21,140 nucleotides of DNA, taken from contig JANQPA010000119.1 in assembly GCA_028285545.1 (NCBI GenBank), positions 1 through 21,140 of the forward strand, in the 5' to 3' direction. Position numbers and translations under genes: made by a program. Origin of the DNA: Saprospiraceae bacterium (GTDB lineage Bacteria > Bacteroidota > Bacteroidia > Chitinophagales > Saprospiraceae). Of the stretch, positions 15,863 to 21,140 are shown in pieces (position 1 is the first letter of the stretch; each line of letters opens with the position of its first letter). A model generated the notes under the pieces. The model was not told the DNA's origin. It was given only the letters and a program-made list of their open reading frames with translations, and searched no databases.

Positions 15863-17953
15863 TTACAAAACTTCAGCGGCTTTCTGGTCACCCATGCCCA
15901 GGGATTTGACCATGGCACGGATGTTATCGATGGTTGATTGCTGACTATCATTGGCCTTATCGCTCAATTTAAAGAGCAGGGCTGAGATGGTCAGGTTTTT
16001 GATGTCATCAGAAGTGACTCCCATTTGTTTGACCAGTTGGCGAAGACGACTTAGCAGACCACTATGACCATTCGAGCCATTTCCATGGATCAGGGCATTT
16101 TTTATCTGACTAAGCTGTTCGCTGCTTCCGATCAAGCCATCAATGGTTTTACCACGATTGACTGCATTGAGGATGCTGTTTACAAATTGCATTTCTCCAC
16201 CGACGATATCGATGTTGGCATTTTTCAGAGCTTCTGCTAAGACTGTAGCCTGTGCCTGTGCCACATCTTTTTGTACATTGATGTGTGCCAGTTCGATTTC
16301 TTTTTCTTTCTCCAGGCGAAGTTTAAACTCTTCATGGTCTTTACCTACACCATCTAGTTTTTGCATAGCAACAGCTTTCAACTCGACACCTTTGGCTTCG
16401 GCGGTATATTTTTCTTCCATCACTTTAGCTTCTACCAAACCTTGTTTTTCCATGGCATCGGCTTTTACTTCAATACCTTTAGCTTCAGCCTGGGCTTTTT
16501 TCTCCAGGACATTAGCTTCAAGATTACCCTCTAACTCCTTCGCTTTAGCTTTCGCTTCAATCACCTGAGCTTCGGAAAGACCGATGGTAGCCTCTTCAGC
16601 TGCTTTGGCTTCGGCAGATATTTTTCGAGCATCAGCCTCTTTCTCGGCAGCATTTTTTTGAGCTTCTGCTTCAATCAATAGTGTCTGAGCTTTTATTTCA
16701 GCAGCCAATTTCTCGGCTTCAGCTGCTTTTTCCTGCTCAATTACGGTAGATTCACCTACGGCTTCTGCTTCAATAACTGTCTTTTGCTTTAAACGTTCGG
16801 CCTCTGCCAGGACACGGGTATCTTTGATGCGCTCTTCTTCTTCTACCACCTTTTTCTCTACCATGATTCGATCTCTAATTACATCCTGGATATTTTTCTT
16901 TTCTTCTTCAATGGCCTTTTCTTTTTCAATTTCGGCCAGAGTTACGATTTTTTCACGCTCTGTTTGTTCCAGAGCACGATCTTTCTCTACTCTTTCAGTC
17001 TCGACCGCTTCAGTACGTTCTTTATTTTTGGCAGCTACGATAACCTGACGCAATTTATTTTCTTCCAAGATGGCCAATTCCTCTTCTGTTTTTATGCGTA
17101 CAGACTCTGATCGAAGACGCTCTTCTTCATTGATTTTGGCAATCTCTGCTCCTTCACGCGCTTTAATGTTGGCGATTTCTCGCTTTTGGCGTTCTTCTTT
17201 TTCTGCTAACTGACGCTCATATTCCAGAATAGCTTCACGAGCTTCTACATTCTGCTCTTTGAGTGTTTTCTCTTCTTCCCGACGGATGAAGTTTGCTTTT
17301 ACTTTTTGCTGAGCTGTTAGTTCGGTGATCTTTTTGATACCTTCGGCATCCAGGATATTACTTTCTTTGAGGTAGTTAATATCCGTTTGTTCTAAATAAT
17401 CTATGGAGCAATCGTCTAATACATAACCATTCAAATCTTCACCAATAGTACTTTGAATTTCTTGATTGAAATTTTTTCTATTATCGTATAGTTCAATGAA
17501 ATCGAAGCGTTTCCCAACTGTTTTAATGGCCTCCGAAAATTTGGCCTCGAATAATTCTCTTAATGTGTCAGAGTCAGAAGCTCTTTGGCATCCAATAGAC
17601 TGAGCAACATTTTTGATGTCTTGTGTATCTTTATTAATTCTAACGAAAAATACGACTTTTATATCTGCACGTATATTATCCTTACATATCAAACCATCCT
17701 CTTTCATTCGAACAATTTCGATTGTTTTTATTGAAAGATCCATTGTCTCATACATTTCAATAACGGGAATGACTAAAAGCCCATTCTCAAAAGCAACTCG
17801 AGTTTTACGAGCACCTGTAGCAATGATTGCTTTTCCTTGAGGAACTTTTTTATACCATCGAGCAATGGCAATGCAGATAGCAAAGAAAAATACAGCTAGA
17901 ATCACCCCTAAAGTGATCCATACATTTTGAAAAATCGTTGCTAATAATATCAT
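15863..17953 (-). CDS. flotillin-family SPFH/band-7 protein (YqiK/FloT-like), 696 aa, with an N-terminal membrane anchor and a very long Glu/Ala/Lys-rich coiled coil
   Basis: N-terminal TM helix (ITLGVILAVFFFAICIAIARWY). SPFH domain (GKAIIATGARKTRVAFENGLLVIPVIEMYETMDLSIKTIEI...). About 330 aa of EA-repeat coiled coil. A C-terminal flotillin-like tail. Confidence 0.9.
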   Translation of the reverse strand: MILLATIFQNVWITLGVILAVFFFAICIAIARWYKKVPQGKAIIATGARKTRVAFENGLLVIPVIEMYETMDLSIKTIEIVRMKEDGLICKDNIRADIKVVFFVRINKDTQDIKNVAQSIGCQRASDSDTLRELFEAKFSEAIKTVGKRFDFIELYDNRKNFNQEIQSTIGEDLNGYVLDDCSIDYLEQTDINYLKESNILDAEGIKKITELTAQQKVKANFIRREEEKTLKEQNVEAREAILEYERQLAEKEERQKREIANIKAREGAEIAKINEEERLRSESVRIKTEEELAILEENKLRQVIVAAKNKERTEAVETERVEKDRALEQTEREKIVTLAEIEKEKAIEEEKKNIQDVIRDRIMVEKKVVEEEERIKDTRVLAEAERLKQKTVIEAEAVGESTVIEQEKAAEAEKLAAEIKAQTLLIEAEAQKNAAEKEADARKISAEAKAAEEATIGLSEAQVIEAKAKAKELEGNLEANVLEKKAQAEAKGIEVKADAMEKQGLVEAKVMEEKYTAEAKGVELKAVAMQKLDGVGKDHEEFKLRLEKEKEIELAHINVQKDVAQAQATVLAEALKNANIDIVGGEMQFVNSILNAVNRGKTIDGLIGSSEQLSQIKNALIHGNGSNGHSGLLSRLRQLVKQMGVTSDDIKNLTISALLFKLSDKANDSQQSTIDNIRAMVKSLGMGDQKAAEVL

Positions 17954-17975
17954 GACTGTTGTTTTTTGGGTTGAA

Positions 17976-18046
17976 TGGTAGACTGGTAGGCTAGTGGTCT
18001 GGTAGTCTGGGAATATTCCCTAATACTAGACTACCAGACTACCAGC
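17976..18046. repeat. Inverted array of the TACCAGAC octamer family: about 4 reverse copies (tggtagac, tggtaggc, tagtggtc, tggtagtc), a spacer containing the 12-bp palindrome gggaatattccc, then about 2.5 forward copies (agactaccagactaccag). Sits in the NfeD-flotillin intergenic gap.
   Basis: Direct reading. ctggtagtctgg (17999-18010) is the exact reverse complement of ccagactaccag (18034-18045). Confidence 0.85.
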
Positions 18047-18054
18047 ACACCATA

Positions 18055-18708
18055 CTACTTTTTCTCAATTAAATAATATTTATCATCCTCTGTTTTGCCA
18101 ATGATGATGGCTTGTTCCCCAGATGATATGGGGTCTTTGTCGTTTTCAGTTTTTACATTTATTAAGTTAGGGGTGTCGTCAATCAGTACTTCAGCCTGTC
18201 CAAATTTGGTAGCACTGGCCGGTAATTTGAGCCTGCATTCCATTCCAACATAATCAATTGCCTCAGCAGTCGTATCTAATCGCTTAAAAACAGGAATTAA
18301 TGGAGTGCTCAATATTTTGGCAACTACTAAATTTACAAATAGAATAGGAATAAACATAGCTAAGGCAAAAAGAGCACTTCCTTGTCCAATGTAATAATTA
18401 CTCAGGATAGACAAAACCCAACCACTCATGGCCACAAAGGTGATGATAACCATAAAGGGCATTTTACCGAAATTAAAGAAGTGAAGTGTTCCAGCCAGCC
18501 AGCCAGTTGTGGTCCCAGCTTCCACATCTGCATCTACATCCACATCTGCGTCAAGATCAATATCGGCATCAATGTCAAAATCCAAATCGAAAGAACTCAA
18601 ATCAATCGCCCCCAGGATAACAGATAGCCAATAAAATATGACCAGCAGTAATAAAATAGTGTAAAATAAATTTACAGGTAAAAAAGCAACCTGGAGTAAT
18701 TCTTGCAT
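18055..18708 (-). CDS. NfeD/YqiJ-like inner-membrane protein (flotillin partner) with a C-terminal OB-fold and an unusual Asp-rich repeat (217 aa)
   Basis: Multiple TM helices. A C-terminal beta-barrel-like tail (GQAEVLIDD...AIIIGKTEDDKYYLIEK) is typical of NfeD short homologues. The DLDFDIDADIDLDADVDVDADVE acidic repeat sits after the first TM. The position immediately upstream of a flotillin gene mirrors yqiJ-yqiK. Confidence 0.75.
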   Translation of the reverse strand: MQELLQVAFLPVNLFYTILLLLVIFYWLSVILGAIDLSSFDLDFDIDADIDLDADVDVDADVEAGTTTGWLAGTLHFFNFGKMPFMVIITFVAMSGWVLSILSNYYIGQGSALFALAMFIPILFVNLVVAKILSTPLIPVFKRLDTTAEAIDYVGMECRLKLPASATKFGQAEVLIDDTPNLINVKTENDKDPISSGEQAIIIGKTEDDKYYLIEKK

Positions 18709-18761
18709 AGTTGATTCTTTTTATTGAAAAATTTTTGTCGAAGACAAAAACTTTTCAATAC

Positions 18762-18974
18762 CTATAAAATGTTTTCATGGATCTTTTGCTTCATGCCAAT
18801 AGTCATATAAAGGATTGATCCAATTAAAGGTAGAAAAATAATCAAAAGTAACCAGATAACCTTATCGCTATCTCCTTTAAAATCAGCTCTAATTATGTCT
18901 ACAATACAATATATCCATAATACGGTACAGCCGATACCAATAAGAAGAATGAATAAGACAAATAATGCTGCCAT
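18762..18974 (-). CDS. PLDc_N-domain small membrane protein (70 aa)
   Basis: Two TM helices with the characteristic KVIWLLLIIFLPLIGSILYM motif of the PLD-nuclease N-terminal mini-protein family. Confidence 0.75.
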   Translation of the reverse strand: MAALFVLFILLIGIGCTVLWIYCIVDIIRADFKGDSDKVIWLLLIIFLPLIGSILYMTIGMKQKIHENIL

Positions 18975-19442
18975 TGTGGTTTGTTTTAAGTTTAAAAAGT
19001 TTTTTGAACCTTAAGAGTTTTCAGCATCCAATACTGAAACTTTAAAAAGTTTTTTTAAGGGTGTTAAGTGGTGGTGTTTTAAGTCAGTAAAGAAAGTGGC
19101 AATGCTGCCCTTTCTTACTGCTTCAATAATTAATCCTGAAATTTGGATTGATGTTAATTGTATTCAATTGGATTGTTTCATTTAATTTTTTGGATACCCT
19201 AAAAATGCTGTGTAGGAGAGCATTTTGCTACTTTTGTCGTCGAAAATCTTTAAAAATCCGACCAAAGATTAACAAAGCTATAACGTATATAAGAAGAATG
19301 ATTTTGCCTTTAGAGACTTTGAATAATTATTGTAAATGTATTGTTATTGGGATGAAATTGGGGATACTTGCTAAGGATTAGGCCCTAAAATTGATTTTTG
19401 ACACTGATTTACACGGATTGGCACTGTTTTTTACTATTTACC

Positions 19443-20300
19443 TTACTCGGGTTTAAAAGAAACACTTACTACAGAACTAGTATTAAAAAAGCCAAGGGCT
19501 CCGTTGCTTATATTTCCTTTTACATTGGCTGGTGTAGAAGGAAATAAGGTGCCTCGCCATTCTGTTTCCATAAATAAAGATCTTAGGTACTCATAATAGG
19601 AATCTGAAAGGTTGTATTTTTTCTGAATCACATGAAAGCTAGGATTAAAACCATAAAAATGAGGGATCTCAAAATTTAAAAGACCATTTACTTCAATATT
19701 TGAATGGGTGAAGTAGGTGAAACGATAGGTAAGTGGAGGAAAAACGTCTACACCAACCTGTAAGCCACGCCTGCTGATATCTACCTCAAAGGGCAGGGAA
19801 TCAATATTTTCCTGGATCACAAACAACTCCCATTTATTAGCCTTAGTAAATCCAAATTGATGACGTCTGTACTCTAATTCTCTAAACGCACGATCTTGAT
19901 TAAAACTGATGGGCTCAAATTCAGTGGGTAGTGATGGCATGGTATCGGTGGCCATATAGATATTGTCTTCATATTGAATTTCCAAAGTATAAACTCTTCC
20001 AGGGATTCCTTGAATGCTATCTGTAAAATAATGACCTGGTTGTTCTTCCTGTAATGAATAGGTATTTAAGCCATCACTGATTGTCAAAAAAGCGCCACTA
20101 ATCATTCGATGGGATGAAGTATCATTAAAAAAGCCGCTAGAAGAAAGGCTTACTTCGTGTTTTTTAAATTCATTGGAGATTTGTCCGTCTACCACTAGTA
20201 ATTGATTATTAGAGCTTGGTTCTAATTCAATTTCCTCTACACATGAATTAAAACATAGACATAAAATAATAAGGCTAATGAATTGTACTTTTCTCATCTT
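19443..20300 (-). CDS. DUF4249-family lipoprotein (about 285 aa; start at Met14 MRKVQF rather than the upstream Met at 20339)
   Basis: Lipoprotein signal (LIILCLCFNSC). The length and C-terminal NISNGALGFFNTSSV pattern are typical of DUF4249 proteins that follow TonB-dependent receptor genes in Bacteroidota. Confidence 0.7.
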   Translation of the reverse strand, partial: KMRKVQFISLIILCLCFNSCVEEIELEPSSNNQLLVVDGQISNEFKKHEVSLSSSGFFNDTSSHRMISGAFLTISDGLNTYSLQEEQPGHYFTDSIQGIPGRVYTLEIQYEDNIYMATDTMPSLPTEFEPISFNQDRAFRELEYRRHQFGFTKANKWELFVIQENIDSLPFEVDISRRGLQVGVDVFPPLTYRFTYFTHSNIEVNGLLNFEIPHFYGFNPSFHVIQKKYNLSDSYYEYLRSLFMETEWRGTLFPSTPANVKGNISNGALGFFNTSSVVSVSFKPE

Positions 20301-21140
20301 AAAAACTGAAATTATAGGATAAAGAAGGAAATATTCCACTCACATAAGTTTTAAAAGCTCCAACATCTAGTGGATTGGGTATATTATCTGTTCCTTTTTC
20401 TTTTTTCGGTAAAATATCTATTGACAAAGTATTCTTTCGGTGGTAAACATTATAAATTGTGAAAACCCAGTAAGCAAGGCGGTCCTTTTGTTTCTTATTT
20501 TTCCCATTTAAAGTAATCGAAAGATCTAGGCGATGGAAGGTTGGTAGCCGTTGTGAATTTCGATCTCCATAAAGTGGAATGATGGTGTTTTGATATTCAA
20601 AACTGCCAATGGGAAGGGTGGTGGACCTCCCGCTAATCAACTGCCAATTTAAAGCAAACTCCCATCTTTTTTGCGTTTTATAATTCAGCCATAATTTTGC
20701 TGCATGTGGTTGATCATAATAGGTAGGATAGGCGCGCCCATCATTTATGTTTCCGATTTCTCTCAGGGACCGGCTGTAGGTGTAACTTAAAAAACCATTA
20801 AATGGCCCGCTCCTTTTTTGGAGCGTGAGTTCCAGTCCATAAGCCTTTCCTGAACCAAATCTAAGCTCGCCTTCGATAAAAGGGTTTTGAAGCAATTGGG
20901 CGTGGTCTCTAAAATCAATTTGTTGATGAAGCCATTTAAAATAGCCTTCAACGGACCACTGAAGATTGTTGTTGGTGTTTTTTTGGGTAAAACCAAGTGA
21001 TAATTGATCGGCCGTTTGAGCTGGAATATTGGGGTTGGAAGGCATAAAGGTATAGAAGGCATTAAATGCAGTAGTAGTATTCCGAAGTTGATAAATATAT
21101 TGGGCCATACGACTATAACCACCGTTTAACCAGGCATTCG
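20299..21140 (-). CDS. TonB-dependent outer-membrane receptor, C-terminal portion only (the gene continues beyond the window end)
   Basis: Beta-barrel-like alternating pattern, an aromatic-rich sequence and a terminal LSYNFSF ending in Phe (canonical OMP C-terminus). The frame appears to stay open to the window edge. The gene lies immediately upstream of the DUF4249 gene. Confidence 0.7.
   Translation of the reverse strand, partial: NAWLNGGYSRMAQYIYQLRNTTTAFNAFYTFMPSNPNIPAQTADQLSLGFTQKNTNNNLQWSVEGYFKWLHQQIDFRDHAQLLQNPFIEGELRFGSGKAYGLELTLQKRSGPFNGFLSYTYSRSLREIGNINDGRAYPTYYDQPHAAKLWLNYKTQKRWEFALNWQLISGRSTTLPIGSFEYQNTIIPLYGDRNSQRLPTFHRLDLSITLNGKNKKQKDRLAYWVFTIYNVYHRKNTLSIDILPKKEKGTDNIPNPLDVGAFKTYVSGIFPSLSYNFSF

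Noticed and set aside
16143-17048. Antisense ORFs inside the flotillin gene (16143-16568 +, 16824-17048 +) and similar nested ORFs (3923-4132, 7630-7929, 8233-8436, 8523-8726, 8834-9136, 9012-9236, 11179-11415, 11632-11868, 13212-13475, 13532-13750, 14027-14239, 15420-15638, 17613-17840, 18382-18627, 20787-21122)
   Set aside because: All lie wholly within longer ORFs that have clear domain signatures on the opposite strand or in another frame. The flotillin-antisense ones are A/S/F low-complexity mirror images of the EA-rich coiled-coil codons.
19148-19381. ORF 19148-19381 (+), 77 aa, Cys/Arg-rich, in the long intergenic gap
   Set aside because: No recognisable motif or plausible start context. 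It is more likely the non-coding leader or intergenic region. Kept only as a remote possibility.

Overview
This is a low-GC (roughly 38-40%) window with no visible Shine-Dalgarno signals, which fits Bacteroidota (Flavobacteriia/Cytophagia-like) chromosomal DNA. Gene content supports that: an ECF sigma/anti-sigma pair, a DUF4249 lipoprotein next to the C-terminus of a TonB-dependent receptor, and a PLDc_N mini-membrane protein. Nearly all genes are on the minus strand. I find no rRNA, tRNA, CRISPR array, transposase or integrase.

Gene map, left to right:
- a small lipoprotein gene (+)
- a P-loop kinase-like ATPase (-)
- a membrane-anchored XRE-type HTH regulator (-), divergent from a secreted PQQ-like beta-propeller (+)
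- a beta-lactamase-family serine hydrolase with a long C-terminal extension (-)
- an operon on the minus strand: NTF2-like secreted protein, then an M14 zinc carboxypeptidase with an Ada-like Zn-ribbon tail, then an ECF sigma factor, then a single-pass anti-sigma factor
- two small genes (80 and 132 aa)
- a minus-strand cassette, the most interesting part of the window: PLDc_N mini-membrane protein, then an NfeD/YqiJ-like membrane protein with an Asp-rich repeat, then a flotillin/YqiK-like SPFH protein (696 aa, long Glu/Ala/Lys coiled coil), then a giant 1631-aa protein (beta-rich N-terminal domain, long coiled coil, C-terminal MoxR/dynein-type AAA+ ATPase)
- a DUF4249 lipoprotein followed by the 3' end of a TonB-dependent receptor (-)

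A second theme is a set of 7-8 bp tandem repeats in 5' intergenic regions:
- TACCAGAC x8 at the window start
- the same octamer family as an inverted array in the NfeD-flotillin gap
- TTTCTAC x6 upstream of the beta-lactamase-like gene
- TTCAAGTT x4 with a perfect 13-bp hairpin immediately upstream of the giant ATPase gene

All functional calls are motif recognition by eye, with no database search run.
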